Source: an uncultured Lentisphaerales bacterium (lineage in GTDB: Bacteria > Verrucomicrobiota > Lentisphaeria > JABSQK01 > UBA12247). From it: a DNA stretch of 64,000 nucleotides. A program made the position numbers and the translations under genes. Position 1 is the first letter of the stretch, and every line of letters starts with the position of its first letter. Below the pieces are notes generated by a model. That model was not told the origin of the DNA and ran no database searches. It saw nothing but the letters and a program-made list of their open reading frames with translations. The stretch covers positions 32,001 to 96,000 of the forward strand of contig CALSSJ010000013.1 in NCBI GenBank assembly GCA_943788985.1, read 5' to 3'. Shown in pieces: positions 1 through 10,259 of the stretch.

Positions 1-127
1 CGCTTGTTTTAGCTTCAAGGGCAGCCGCCTGCGCGCGCCACCCCGTCCTTGATTAATTTCCTCCTACCAAAAGCAAGACCCGCGGCTACCGAGGCTACCG
101 GGGGCCGTTCTTACAGCAGCAGGAAGA

Positions 128-277
128 TCAGACGTTCATCCAAACGCCCATTTTGTGAGCATCGGCGTTGGCTTCCGGGCCCAATAAACCATCACTCGCT
201 TCCAAGGCCGATTCCACGAAAGGTCTGACCTTGTCTTTGACCGTATTAAAGCCCACGGCTGTGCTACTGTTCCTCAT
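128..277 (-). CDS. 49-aa small peptide, not in the ORF track (MRNSSTAVGFNTVKDKVRPFVESALEASDGLLGPEANADAHKMGVWMNV)
   Basis: AGGAGG RBS (285-290) 7 nt before the ATG; 50 codons including TGA; structured leader upstream; hairpin plus TTGCTTTT downstream (about 70-107). Confidence 0.5.
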   Translation of the reverse strand: MRNSSTAVGFNTVKDKVRPFVESALEASDGLLGPEANADAHKMGVWMNV

Positions 278-615
278 GGTTCATCCTCCTGCGGGCCACG
301 ATGCCGGGCTCTCGCAGATGTGTAGTTTATCCCCCAAGAAAGTCTCGGGGGGATACCCTGAACCCTGTTCAAGGGACTGCAAGAGTCTTCAACTATGCAA
401 AAACTGCACAAGCCTAACAGCTCGACTGAGAATAAAGCCCTTTTGGAGATCGCGCGAGACGGCGGCATTGTCTGTTCTTGGACAGAAAATAAACCGGACA
501 TCATCGTTGCTAATTTTTCTGCCCACTATTGGCATTGACGGTCTTGCGTCGCGTTATGTATGTTCCCCGGCCCCCTACCGGGCATGCCCGGTAGGCTTCC
601 CATCGGCAACAAGTC

Positions 616-930
616 TCATGGCTGAACAGCCAGACTCCAGCCTTCGGCCAGATTCGTTAGGCGCTTCCAGTCTCGCCACACGGCAGGGGCCCCTGTAGGG
701 CTGTCGCTTTTTCTTGCCAGGTACCGGCCAAGCTTGGGGCTAGCCATGCGACTGCCGCAGCGATGGTTGGCGGTGTCGTCGACTGCTGGCGATTGCGCGT
801 GACCTTGATGGAAAGCACCTTCCGCGCTTGCTCGGTAAAGAAGGTTGAGCAGGACATGGATGGCTTGGTGCGAGCGATCAGGGTGACACTCAACAATCGC
901 GTGCCACGATCCTCACGGAGGCTGGTAACG
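616..930 (-). mobile_element. IS4-family (IS50/Tn5-like) transposase C-terminal remnant, frameshifted
   Basis: Two frames join as LLSVTLIARTKP...PPTIAAAVAWLA / KLGRYLARKSDSPTGAPAVWRDWKRLTNLAEGW, resembling the Tn5-type dimerisation motif (IAxLGGFLARKGDGEPGxxxLWRGWxRL). Flanked by the perfect palindrome CTACCGGGCATGCCCGGTAG at about 575-594. Confidence 0.75.
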
Positions 931-1004
931 GGTCAACCTGTCGGCAGTACCTCGTCGGTACGCCTCGACGCGAAAGCCTGACTTGTGTACCTTGAAGTAC
1001 ATCT

Positions 1005-1190
1005 CGATCCCCCCCAAGTTGCTTCTGCGTTCAACCCGGGGTTGTATCCCAACCTACGGCGTTGCCCCAAGGTAGGGTGATAATGGGGTTGCCTCGCGGC
1101 TGTACCTTCGGGCTCAGTTCGACCGAGTGCATTAAAGGAGCAGCCCCGAGGAGCCTGTCGGACTTCGACCGGCCTCGTTCCATTTTTCCG
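1005..1190. ncRNA. Candidate structured non-coding RNA (long rod), family unassigned
   Basis: Nested helices GTTGCTTC/GGAGCAGC, TGCGTTC/GAGTGCA, CCCGGGG/CTTCGGG, CCTAC/GTAGG; hairpin followed by a T-run at about 1150-1188; no credible ORF. Confidence 0.35.
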
Positions 1191-1212
1191 CGTAGCTAGG
1201 CGCCTCGCAGGC

Positions 1213-1247
1213 ACAGAAAGCCCGGAGCGCATACGCACTCCGGGCTC
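1213..1247 (-). terminator. Intrinsic terminator of the 1267-1779 gene
   Basis: On the minus strand AGCCCGGAGTGCG-TA-TGCGCTCCGGGCT followed by TTCT, 20 nt after the stop codon. Confidence 0.6.
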
Positions 1248-1266
1248 GGAGAGGAAGGGAAGGGGA

Positions 1267-1779
1267 TCAGTAGATGCTGGGATATTCCTTGATAGTGATC
1301 CACTCGCTGGTGACTTCGGACCAGACCTGCATGTAGGCCTTGGCCCCCCGGATCCGCGGCTGGAACAACCGCCGCCCATCTTCGAGCGAGACGACTACCG
1401 GACCCTCGGAAAGATCTGGGACATAACGTGGTGCAGGCCGTGCAGGAGCCACATACGGTGCGGGAGTGATGCAGGGGGCAGGCCGTGCGGGTTGCGAGAC
1501 GTAAACGGTTTCGTGCTGGACCACGGCGGGCTGCCGGCAGTTGTTGCGAAATGGTGACGAACGATGCCGGTACTCGGTGCGGGTCGAGCGGGTTCTGTGG
1601 GTGGCGCGGTGTTGATTGCTGTCCTGGTGCATCTGGCTGAGGACACTCAAGCCAACGACACCAGCAAGTATCTTTCCGGCGGTCGACCATTCGTCGTTTC
1701 CGGCATGGGCGTGTTGGGGAGTGGCGACTGCGGCGAAGAGTACGAGGGCGAGAACGGATGCTGTGAGATTGCGTGTCAT
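1267..1779 (-). CDS. Secreted hypothetical protein
   Basis: 170-aa ORF with a Sec signal (VLALVLFAAV...AHA), a Pro-rich middle and a downstream terminator. Confidence 0.7.
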   Translation of the reverse strand: MTRNLTASVLALVLFAAVATPQHAHAGNDEWSTAGKILAGVVGLSVLSQMHQDSNQHRATHRTRSTRTEYRHRSSPFRNNCRQPAVVQHETVYVSQPARPAPCITPAPYVAPARPAPRYVPDLSEGPVVVSLEDGRRLFQPRIRGAKAYMQVWSEVTSEWITIKEYPSIY

Positions 1780-1979
1780 TTCGAGGCCTCTTGTTGGGTT
1801 CTTGAAGGTCGGTTCACAGGCCTCTGACGCTCCCCAGGACCAAAGTATTCAACGTCTCAGAAGCTTTTTTGAGATTTTTTTAGTGGCTGATTGCCGCGGT
1901 TTGCGGAGTTCGCACAATTTGCGTGCAAGAATACCGTGCAGGGACAGCTACTTAGCAACACCCAACACGGAGACGAGGT

Positions 1980-3290
1980 ATGGATGACTTTCAGCTCCCT
2001 CCCCCTGACGATCGGTCGTTCCTGAACCGGAAACGACAGGGCGACTACTTCTTACTGATTGTCCTGCTGGTCGCGATCTTCGGCGTATTCTGGATCCTAC
2101 GGCCGTTTCTGAACGCTATCCTCATCGCTGCGGTCTCGGCCACGGTCTGTGCCCCTGTGTATTTGGCTCTGGAGAAGAAGTTGAAGGGACGCAAGAGTAT
2201 TGCCGCCGCGCTCACCTGTGCGATGGCAACCCTGATCATTCTGGGGCCCGTGGGCGGATTCGCCTATACGCTCGTGGACATGGGAGTCGAGCGGTTCGAA
2301 CAAGTCGGGACCTGGGTGGAAGAAGGAAATCTGCAGGAGCTGCCCAAGAACGAGAAGGTAAAGAAGTTTCTAGAGTGGAAGCCAGTTCGCTTTCTCGCCG
2401 ACCGGCTCGACAGGATGGACCTGAGCGAGCTGCAACAATCGGTTGAGAAACTGGGGGATGGCGCGGGCACGCTGCCGGGCGATCCAGACGCCAACGCACC
2501 GCCTGCCGGGGACCTAGATGCGAACGCGCCCCCGATGGCGGCGGTCGGCGACCTGTTTCACATTGACAAGCTCCAAGAGATCGCGCTGTGGGCTGTCAGT
2601 GCTGTGGTCAACGCGCTGCACGAGCAACTGCTGCCCCTGCTGGCGAATGTCGGCTCGCTGCTCTTTAACTTTATCATCATCCTGTTTGTCATGTTCTACT
2701 TTCTCCGGGAAGGAGAGAATGTGGTGAAGTTCCTGATGCGCGTGAGCCCGCTTCCCGATGCCTACGAGCGACGCTTGTTCGAGCGAGCTCGCACCATTGT
2801 GAGCTCAGCAGTTGTCGGCACCGGCCTTACCTCGCTGGCGCAGGGCGTGCTGGGAATGATTGCATTCGCCGTAGTCGGGATTCCGTGGTTTTTCTATGGC
2901 GTACTGATGATGATGACGTCGCTGGTGCCGCTGATTGGTACGGCCCTGGTTTGGCTGCCTTGTGTGGTCTATCTGCTGATTATCGGCGCGACGGGGAAGG
3001 CAATTGGTCTGGCGATCTGGTGTGCCGTGGTGGTTGGCAGTGCGGATAACTTTTTACGGCCGTTCTTTATGAAAGGAGATACTGGGCTGTCCTCCGGCTT
3101 GCTGTTCTTTGCGATTATCGGCGGCGTTCAGGTCTTTGGCCTGATGGGCGTGGTTTACGGGCCATTGATCTTTGGTAGCTGCGCGATCTTACTGCACGTG
3201 TATCAGCTGGAGATGGACCGGGAGGAGCAGTTGGCCTCTGCCTGCGAAGTCGCGCCGCAGGTTCTGCCTGAAGGGACGCCCGATCCATGA
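1980..3290 (+). CDS. AI-2E family transporter (PerM/YdiK-like)
   Basis: Multi-TM protein with LRPFLNAIL, LVPLIGTALVWLP, DNFLRP and GLMGVVYGP motifs. Confidence 0.9.
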   Translation: MDDFQLPPPDDRSFLNRKRQGDYFLLIVLLVAIFGVFWILRPFLNAILIAAVSATVCAPVYLALEKKLKGRKSIAAALTCAMATLIILGPVGGFAYTLVDMGVERFEQVGTWVEEGNLQELPKNEKVKKFLEWKPVRFLADRLDRMDLSELQQSVEKLGDGAGTLPGDPDANAPPAGDLDANAPPMAAVGDLFHIDKLQEIALWAVSAVVNALHEQLLPLLANVGSLLFNFIIILFVMFYFLREGENVVKFLMRVSPLPDAYERRLFERARTIVSSAVVGTGLTSLAQGVLGMIAFAVVGIPWFFYGVLMMMTSLVPLIGTALVWLPCVVYLLIIGATGKAIGLAIWCAVVVGSADNFLRPFFMKGDTGLSSGLLFFAIIGGVQVFGLMGVVYGPLIFGSCAILLHVYQLEMDREEQLASACEVAPQVLPEGTPDP

Positions 3291-4624
3291 GCGAGCCACC
3301 CAGGGTCTGGACGGTCAGTGAGGTAAGCACTGCGCTTCGGCGGCTGATTGAGAGTCGTGTGCCAGCCATGTGGATCGGCGGTGAGGTGGGCAATCTGACC
3401 ATTCATCGCTCCGGTCACGTCTACTTCACGATCAAGGACGGGGCCAGTCAGCTCAACGCTGTGTTCTTCGATGGCGCAGCCATCGTTAAGCGACTGGGGA
3501 TCGCTCAGGGGGCGCAGGTGGAGGTCTTTGGCAACATGGGCATCTATCCTGCGCGCGGAAGCTACCAGCTCAACGTGCAGACGATGCGGCCCCGGGGAAA
3601 GGGGACGCTCCAGGAGCAATATGAGGCTCGCGTCAAAAAGCTGCGCGCAGAAGGACTGTTCGCCGAGGCAAGGAAGAAGAAGCTGCCTTTGCTCCCCAGT
3701 TGTATTGGCATTGTGACCAGCCCTGATGGCGCGGCGCTGCGGGATTTCCTGCAGGTGTTGGAGCGGCGCACCGCGGGCCTGCATGTGCGACTCGCGCCAA
3801 CGGCGGTGCAAGGGGAGGGAGCGGCCGATGCGATCGTGCAGGCACTGGCCGATCTGGTGCACCACGGCGACTGTGACGTGATCGTGATCACTCGTGGCGG
3901 CGGCAGCACCGAGGATCTCTGGGAATTCAATAACGAACGCTTGGCGCGGACCATCGCCCGGTGCCCGGTGCCGGTGATCAGCGCAGTCGGACACGAAGTG
4001 GACCACACGGTTGCAGATTTCGTCGCGGATGTTCGAGCGCCGACCCCGTCGGCAGCCGCCGAGTTGGTTTCGCCCGAGCATGCGGAGCTGGCAGCCACTG
4101 TGGGCGCTGCTCGTGACCGGCTGGTGCGAGCCATGGTCTGGGCCGTGCAGGTACGCCGTGGCCGCCTGGACAGCCTGGCCAATCACTTTGTGATGCGGCG
4201 TCCGCAGGCGCTGGTGGAGCTCTATTGCCAACGGCTGGACGAGCTCAGCCTGCGGCTAGCGCAAGGCGCGCGGCAGAGTATGCGCATCAAGCGGCATCAG
4301 CTGGAGCAACTGTCGGCCATGCTGCAGGCACGGGTGCGCTCGCTGGCAACAGGTCGCGAGCGCGAGAAGATCGTTGCATATGAGCAGCGGCTGGCAATGG
4401 CGCTGCAGCGCGCTCCGGAGCGCGCCACGGAGCGGCTGTCCTCGCTTGTGCAACAGCTTGAGTTACTGAGTCCGCAACGGGTGTTGGACCGCGGCTATGC
4501 GATCTTGCAGACGCCGGAAGGCCAGGCCGTGCGCGCGGCAGACGAAGTAGCCGTGGGAGACAGGCTACGAGCCCGGCTGGCTGATGGGGCGCTTACAGTC
4601 GAAGTCCAGCCTGCGACCGACTGA
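3287..4624 (+). CDS. xseA: Exodeoxyribonuclease VII large subunit
   Basis: GEVGNL...SGHVYFTIKD OB fold, IGIVTSPDGAALRD, RGGGSTEDLW, SAVGHEVD, RAPTPSAAAE, LSPQRVLDRGY. Confidence 0.97.
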   Translation: MSEPPRVWTVSEVSTALRRLIESRVPAMWIGGEVGNLTIHRSGHVYFTIKDGASQLNAVFFDGAAIVKRLGIAQGAQVEVFGNMGIYPARGSYQLNVQTMRPRGKGTLQEQYEARVKKLRAEGLFAEARKKKLPLLPSCIGIVTSPDGAALRDFLQVLERRTAGLHVRLAPTAVQGEGAADAIVQALADLVHHGDCDVIVITRGGGSTEDLWEFNNERLARTIARCPVPVISAVGHEVDHTVADFVADVRAPTPSAAAELVSPEHAELAATVGAARDRLVRAMVWAVQVRRGRLDSLANHFVMRRPQALVELYCQRLDELSLRLAQGARQSMRIKRHQLEQLSAMLQARVRSLATGREREKIVAYEQRLAMALQRAPERATERLSSLVQQLELLSPQRVLDRGYAILQTPEGQAVRAADEVAVGDRLRARLADGALTVEVQPATD

Positions 4625-4677
4625 CTGCCAGGCCCGAAAGGCGTGTTCGCAGCAGAGGCGAGTTTATTAACGGGCTG

Positions 4678-5685
4678 TTAGGAGGTGAGGCCCGCGTCTT
4701 GCAGAGCAGTCCAGAAGTCATCCGGAATAGTCTCGGTGACAAAGCGTACGTTTTCCGCTACGCGCTTCGGATTGCTGCTGTTTAGCGCCAGAGCAGCGAC
4801 GCCTTCGGGCCGGATTCCGAATTGGCAACAGGCGTGAGGGGCGGAGACATTGTGGGTCTTGCACAGGGCCAAAAACGCATCGCGCCAGGCGAATTGCTGC
4901 GGGTGTGTCTCAGGCGTGATTTCACAGTAATCAAAGAAGCGCCCACCGATCAGAAAGCCTGCGTTGAACACGGCGGAGTTTACCACCACGATCCCGTCTG
5001 CGTGAAGGGCAGCAATGAGTTCTTCCACTCCTTTTGGGTGGTCGTAGATCGTGTAGCTGTTTGCGATCATCACCCAATCAAGGTCCACACCGTCCTGGTG
5101 GAGGCGACGGATCACGCGCCAGTCCTTGGAGCCGACGCCCACACCGGTGGCCTGACCAGAATCGCGGAGTTCGCAAAGCGCCCTGTATGCGCCCCGAACG
5201 TCTGCGTAGCGGGCGTCTGCTTCATCGTCAGACTTAGCCGCGGCCAGATACTCGTCTGGGTCATGGACGGACAGCAAGTCGGCGTTGTAGTCTCCGAGAA
5301 GGGCATTGCCCTGTTCCCAGCAGTCGAGGATGCCATCATAGCTAATCGCTGCCTCGGCATCGTGCTTGAGGCCAAACCAGGCCCCCTTCTCAAACGTGGG
5401 CTCGGGGGTCGTCAATGGCTTGCGCTTCCAGCCTAGCTTATTGCTGATCGTGACTGCTTCGGGCGCTATGCCCAACTGGGCAAGCTTCTCGCCGATCATC
5501 TCCAAGGCCAGCCCAGCGCCATATTTTCCGGCGCTGTCGATCACCGGATTCGGCTGTTCCTTCAGCCAGTTCCGCACGATAGCCAGTTTTGTTTCGTCCG
5601 GGACAACTTCAAAGAGGTTGCCTAGGGCGCTCGAGCCAAAGACGATAGGGGGAAGAGATTGAATAGTGACTCCAGAAATATCCAA
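4678..5685 (-). CDS. Aldo/keto reductase (D-threo-aldose 1-dehydrogenase-like); start uncertain
   Basis: [35 protein letters not shown] and GVGSKDW motifs. The conserved part begins near 5660; the nearest upstream start is TTG at 5685. Confidence 0.88.
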   Translation of the reverse strand: MDISGVTIQSLPPIVFGSSALGNLFEVVPDETKLAIVRNWLKEQPNPVIDSAGKYGAGLALEMIGEKLAQLGIAPEAVTISNKLGWKRKPLTTPEPTFEKGAWFGLKHDAEAAISYDGILDCWEQGNALLGDYNADLLSVHDPDEYLAAAKSDDEADARYADVRGAYRALCELRDSGQATGVGVGSKDWRVIRRLHQDGVDLDWVMIANSYTIYDHPKGVEELIAALHADGIVVVNSAVFNAGFLIGGRFFDYCEITPETHPQQFAWRDAFLALCKTHNVSAPHACCQFGIRPEGVAALALNSSNPKRVAENVRFVTETIPDDFWTALQDAGLTS

Positions 5686-5839
5686 AAAAATGGCTGAGTG
5701 AGCGAAACGCAAAAGGAACTGTACATTCTTGCGCTGGATGTGTCGGAAGGCTGCCCCACGCTGGCGCGGTGATTGCGTACCCGGAATTCTCGGTGGCTGC
5801 GGTTGCGGCCGATTTAATAAGACGCATGGAGGCAGACCA

Positions 5840-7516
5840 TTGAAGACATTCACCATCCAGGAAATTCAGGGTCCGGGACTGAAATCGCCGATTGGTGGGC
5901 AGACCGTTCGCACCCGAGGCCTCATCACCGGTTTTAGCCGCCGTGGTTTCTTTATCCAAGATCCCGAGCCCGATGCTAACTCCGCAGCTTCCTGCGGGCT
6001 GCTGGTCTTTGGCCACCACAAACGCGCGGGCCTGGGGCAGCTGGTGCGTGTGACGGGAAAGGTCGTGAACTATGAGCGCGCCACCGGAGACAAGCCTGCC
6101 ACGCAGATTCTGCTGCGGGATCTTGACTTGAGTGAAGAGCAGGTTCCGGAGATTGAGCCGGTCTGGCTGACCGCAGAGTTGCTGACGGATGACGCCGCAC
6201 TCCTTGCGGAGCGCCTGAACGCCTTGGAGGGAATGCTGGTGGGACTACGGGCGGGAGCCACGTTTATCGCCCCCAGTAACCCGTTCGGCGACTATGTGGT
6301 TCTGCCGCATGGTGCGGATCGCACGAGGCAGCATGAATGTGGCGGAATCGTGATTGCGCCGAGCAATCCGCACCGTTGGTTTCCCGGTTTCCGTGTGATC
6401 GAGTACCACCAAGCACCGCGTGTGAACGTGGGGGCACGGCTGCTTGCTGCGGTGACCGGGCCATTAAACTTTCGTAGCAGCTCGTACCAAATCGCGGCAA
6501 CTGGCCGGATTGAGGTGGAGCCCAGGATTGTCTCGCGTGCGATGTCCGCATTGGCCCCCACTGAGGACGCGATTACCGTGCTTACGCTCAATGGCTTCAA
6601 CCTGGACGTACACGTGGAGCGCCGGGCATATGTGAATGACCCCAAGCGTGATGTCGACGATGATGTGGGGGATGGCCGCTTTCGGGCGCTCGCACAGGCC
6701 ATTGTCGAGCAGGCGGGCTCCCCCGACATTGTCGCCCTCCAAGAGATTCAGGATAATGATGGTGCTGAAATCACGGAAACCACGCGTGCCGACCAGACCT
6801 ATCTGCGGCTGATTGCCGATGTCCGCAAAGTTGGTGGGCCGAACTATGCTTGGACGGATCTGCGCCCTGAGCGGGAATCTGATGGCGGGCAGCCAGGTGG
6901 AAACATCCGCTGTGGCTTTCTCTACAATCCGGCTCGCGTCTCATTAGTGGAGGGCTCGGTCCAACGCCTCGGCGTCCACGCGCCAGCGTTCCGCGACTCG
7001 CGAAAGCCCCTGGCTGCAACATTTCTGACGCCGGATGGGGGAGCGCTGCTGCTGGTGAATGTGCACTTCGCGTCTAAGCGGCACCAGATAGGCCCATTTT
7101 CGCCGGACAAGCCTGGCTTCGACCCAAAGCTGAAGATGCGCATCGAGCAGTGCGAGCTCATTCGTGAATTCATCTTGCCGCATCATCACGCTGGTGCCGA
7201 CTACTACATCACTGGCGACTTCAATGACTTCGAGTTCAGTCAGCCACTCGCGGTGGTGATGGGGGACGAAAGCGTAAATCTCGTCGAGACACTTCCGGAG
7301 TTAGACCGCTTTGACTATAATCATCGCGGGAAGCTGCATGCGCTGATGCACGGCGTGGTCTCACGGCAGCAGTTGGCGGAGGGCCGTGCCGAGTATGAGA
7401 TCCTGCATGGCAACGAATTGACTGGTGTGTCACCGGGCGCAATGGGCACCAAACCTAGCGACCACGCCTACGTGATCGCCCGTCTTCAGTTGAAGCCGGC
7501 GACTTCGAGCCGCTAA
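5840..7516 (+). CDS. Endonuclease/exonuclease/phosphatase family nuclease with an N-terminal OB fold (YhcR/ExeM-like)
   Basis: TIQEIQG...[43 protein letters not shown] and SDH motifs; GGAGG before TTG 5840. Confidence 0.85.
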   Translation: MKTFTIQEIQGPGLKSPIGGQTVRTRGLITGFSRRGFFIQDPEPDANSAASCGLLVFGHHKRAGLGQLVRVTGKVVNYERATGDKPATQILLRDLDLSEEQVPEIEPVWLTAELLTDDAALLAERLNALEGMLVGLRAGATFIAPSNPFGDYVVLPHGADRTRQHECGGIVIAPSNPHRWFPGFRVIEYHQAPRVNVGARLLAAVTGPLNFRSSSYQIAATGRIEVEPRIVSRAMSALAPTEDAITVLTLNGFNLDVHVERRAYVNDPKRDVDDDVGDGRFRALAQAIVEQAGSPDIVALQEIQDNDGAEITETTRADQTYLRLIADVRKVGGPNYAWTDLRPERESDGGQPGGNIRCGFLYNPARVSLVEGSVQRLGVHAPAFRDSRKPLAATFLTPDGGALLLVNVHFASKRHQIGPFSPDKPGFDPKLKMRIEQCELIREFILPHHHAGADYYITGDFNDFEFSQPLAVVMGDESVNLVETLPELDRFDYNHRGKLHALMHGVVSRQQLAEGRAEYEILHGNELTGVSPGAMGTKPSDHAYVIARLQLKPATSSR

Positions 7517-7529
7517 GCCCCCGGTGAGT

Positions 7530-8069
7530 TCAGTGGGCCTTGTGCATGAAGTAGGTACCAAGAGCGATCGTAAAAATCGCGATAGCCAGGTACAGCAACT
7601 CCAACGGGGTGGTGAACTCCGCTGCCAGAACCAGCTTGAAGAACTTCACAATCAGAACCATGATCACCACCTTGATGATCCGATTTTTGAGTTCGTCCAG
7701 ATCGCGAATTTCCAGGATGTTAAGATCGGTGTTGCGTCTGCCCACATCTATCTTGGAAATAAAGAGCTCGTAGATCCCAAAACTGAAGATCAACAGGACC
7801 ACCCCGATTAGATATAAATCGATGGCACCGATGAGCTTGCCGAGCAATTCGTTGACCTTGGCGTCATTCAGGGGCCAGTAGCTGAACATCTTGCCCACCT
7901 GGCCAAGAATCAGGGAGCTGCCCACAATAAACATCAAGAGTGCCCCTAGCAAGCTGCACAATACTGCAGGAAACACCACAAAGCGCGTATTCCAGAGCCC
8001 GTTCTCGAAGGTTTTCTCGAGCTGGCTGATTTGTGGTTCGTTGGTACTGCCTTGGTCGATCTGATCCAC
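7530..8069 (-). CDS. YqhA/UPF0114 family membrane protein
   Basis: Four TM segments; IDLYLIGVVLLIFSFGIYELFISKID and LDELKNRI. Confidence 0.85.
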   Translation of the reverse strand: MDQIDQGSTNEPQISQLEKTFENGLWNTRFVVFPAVLCSLLGALLMFIVGSSLILGQVGKMFSYWPLNDAKVNELLGKLIGAIDLYLIGVVLLIFSFGIYELFISKIDVGRRNTDLNILEIRDLDELKNRIIKVVIMVLIVKFFKLVLAAEFTTPLELLYLAIAIFTIALGTYFMHKAH

Positions 8070-8484
8070 TTGTTACCTCATCGTCTGCGGCTAAAAATTC
8101 GTAACCTAGCGGCTACCGAGCGCACGGCGCGCAGGCAATGCGTGATTGTAGACGGTACAAATTCGTCCCAGGACGGTAACCGCTATTTTCTTGCGCGGTC
8201 GTCTGCTTGCGCTGGGTGGGATCTGGATGGCAGTGTTTGGGGTGGATACAAGTCTGGTCTTGTGGGATGGCGGCGTGAAATGAGGCTGCGATGATGGGAA
8301 TGGTAGTGTGAGATGATTTGTGCGGAGGACTGCGCCCCGCATGAGAACGAACTTCTCTAGGGCGTATACCATAACGCCGCTGTGTTCACTAGCACGCGCA
8401 GCAACCTTCTCGGGGCTCCTGCCACTCCAGAGCGAGTTCACCGACAATGTCTGCACTTTCTGGCTAAAAACCACGCTTCATTTG

Positions 8485-8641
8485 GAGCAAAAGAGCCGCA
8501 GCCCTACGGGAAGGGGCGGCGAACGGCCATCTGCGACGTTGCCTGTCGCACACCTCGCTAAGGGTACGCGCCGCTCCACACGCCTGGCATCTAACCATCC
8601 GGCGCTCCCGCCAAAATGTAGCGTCAATTCCGCATGGGCCC
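8485..8641. mobile_element. Diverged half copy of the MITE at 23856-24130, opposite orientation
   Basis: Aligns to the reverse complement of about 23856-24015, including CCATCCGGCGCTCCCGCCAAAATGTA and the terminal GGGCCC. Confidence 0.78.
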
Positions 8642-8954
8642 TTGGTCAACAGCTCGGAACATCAAGAGGCCAAAGCAGAGCCAAAAACCAAAATAGACGC
8701 CTGCCTGATTGAGGGAGGCGACTCCTCCTTACTACGCGAAGCATGTCCCCGAGCTTGGCAGCTTCGCCGACGGGTTCCAATAGCCAACGCAGACCGCCCG
8801 ACGGGCAGGGCACGCCCAACTGGATCGGGAGCGAAGCGCCAATCTCCAGTTTCCAAGTGAGGGCCGTAGGAAGCGTGCTCCACGCCGTTGGATATTGGAC
8901 ACATCGACTCGATGCAGCTACTGTTCCCGGGAAGGGCCTGGCATTTAAACCTAG

Positions 8955-9485
8955 CTGAGTGACCCTACACCGAAGGATCGAATTATCCCACTATTTGAGC
9001 ATATCCGGCACCAACCTCCACGCACGCTGACGCAGGAAAGACCGTTGATGATCGCCTGTTGTCCCTTGCGTAGCCATGTGAATCTATCGACTATTATTCG
9101 GACGGCGGGCTGCAGCGGCGTCCGCGACGTGATCGCTACAGGTGCCGCCAAGCTGGTGAACAAGATCACGCGTGACGGTGCCGAGCATGTGACGCTGACG
9201 GTTCGCAACAGCCTACCGCCGGTGCTAAGGGAACTGAAGCAGCAAGGCTTTACGCTTGTGGGGCTGGAGCAGACGACAAATTCCACCCTGCTTTGCGAAT
9301 ACGCCTTTCCGCGCGAATCTGTGATCGTTGTGGGCTCCGAGCGCGAAGGTCTGTCAGATGCCTGCCTGGCACTGTTAGACGCTGTAGTCGAAATTCCCGT
9401 GTGGGGCATGCCCTATTCGTATAACGTGGCCACTGCGACATCGCTGGCGATCTACGAATATTGTCGACAACATCCAGACGGTTGA
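8955..9485 (+). CDS. TrmH/SpoU family RNA methyltransferase; start uncertain
   Basis: NLSTIIRTA, VGLEQT, VVGSEREGL and EIPVWGMPYSYNVATA SPOUT motifs. The frame is open from 8955 and includes the family-like N-terminus PLFEHIRHQPP. Confidence 0.88.
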   Translation: MSDPTPKDRIIPLFEHIRHQPPRTLTQERPLMIACCPLRSHVNLSTIIRTAGCSGVRDVIATGAAKLVNKITRDGAEHVTLTVRNSLPPVLRELKQQGFTLVGLEQTTNSTLLCEYAFPRESVIVVGSEREGLSDACLALLDAVVEIPVWGMPYSYNVATATSLAIYEYCRQHPDG

Positions 9486-9793
9486 GTGCGAACCGTCAGC
9501 CCGATTGGCCGGGTACACGGGGAGAGATAACCCGCCGAACACGCGCAATGACGCCGGAACAATGGCTAGAAGATTAGCAGTAGTGTGCTGTTGCTGGGGC
9601 GCAACCTTTTCGTGTGTTTGCCGGGCAATTTTTCATGCACCATTCGGACAGCCCCTAGCCAGTACGCAGGTCGCATATCACCCCTGAAACAATTAGCCCA
9701 GCCACAACCTCGCGAAGAGCGTGACATATGAACAATAGGCGATGGTGTGCGGTTGACCGCTGGTGGGCCGCTGGTTTCCATCCTGTGATCCTG

Positions 9794-10162
9794 TCAAAAA
9801 GCAGCCAATGGCTGACATTCGATTGTAACTGGTCGGAGGATTGGGGACGTTTTACCAGTGATCGCGGTGGTCACTCTGCGGGAGGTCACCAATCTGATCG
9901 TGGCGTTTGGCTCGGTGCTAGTGGGGAAGCCGCTGATTAGCCGAAGTTTGGGGAGGTGGACGGTCTTCGTAGTTGCTCCGAGATCTCTGCTATTTACCGT
10001 GGCGTCGGTAAAAATTTCACTGACCGAGGACTGGCCCATTCTGGTTGAATTAGTGGTCGCGGGTTGGGACTGGACTGATGAGCTGGCCAAGTATAGGCAA
10101 CAAAGGAGCTCGGCTAATCGAAGGATTGAGCGGGCTTGGAAAACCAGAATCTCTCTTCGCAC
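9794..10162 (-). CDS. Possible small secreted hypothetical protein
   Basis: 122-aa ORF with a weak hydrophobic N-terminus; no recognised domain. Confidence 0.3.
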   Translation of the reverse strand: MRREILVFQARSILRLAELLCCLYLASSSVQSQPATTNSTRMGQSSVSEIFTDATVNSRDLGATTKTVHLPKLRLISGFPTSTEPNATIRLVTSRRVTTAITGKTSPILRPVTIECQPLAAF

Positions 10163-10259
10163 GGCTGCTTCGGGTTCTCTTTTGCGTTTTTCAGGCTATA
10201 CTGATAGTCTCATCAGGGGCGCACCCTGCGCAATCACAAAGACACAGGAAGACAGAGAC

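Noticed and set aside
222..245. raiA-motif RNA 3' end (GGTCAAAGAC.AGGTCA)
   Set aside because: Short match only; the upstream sequence lacks the rest of the motif, and it falls within the small ORF.
1085..1125. NiCo riboswitch (minus strand GAACTGAGC...CAGCCG...GGCAAC)
   Set aside because: The four-way junction cannot be closed and no metal transporter lies downstream.
3203..4231. Long antisense or alternative-frame ORFs (e.g. 3203-4231, 15635-16414, 58489-59286) and 5' extensions (9858, 32135, 32928)
   Set aside because: Shadow ORFs typical of high-GC DNA, overlapping well-supported genes, with no motifs.
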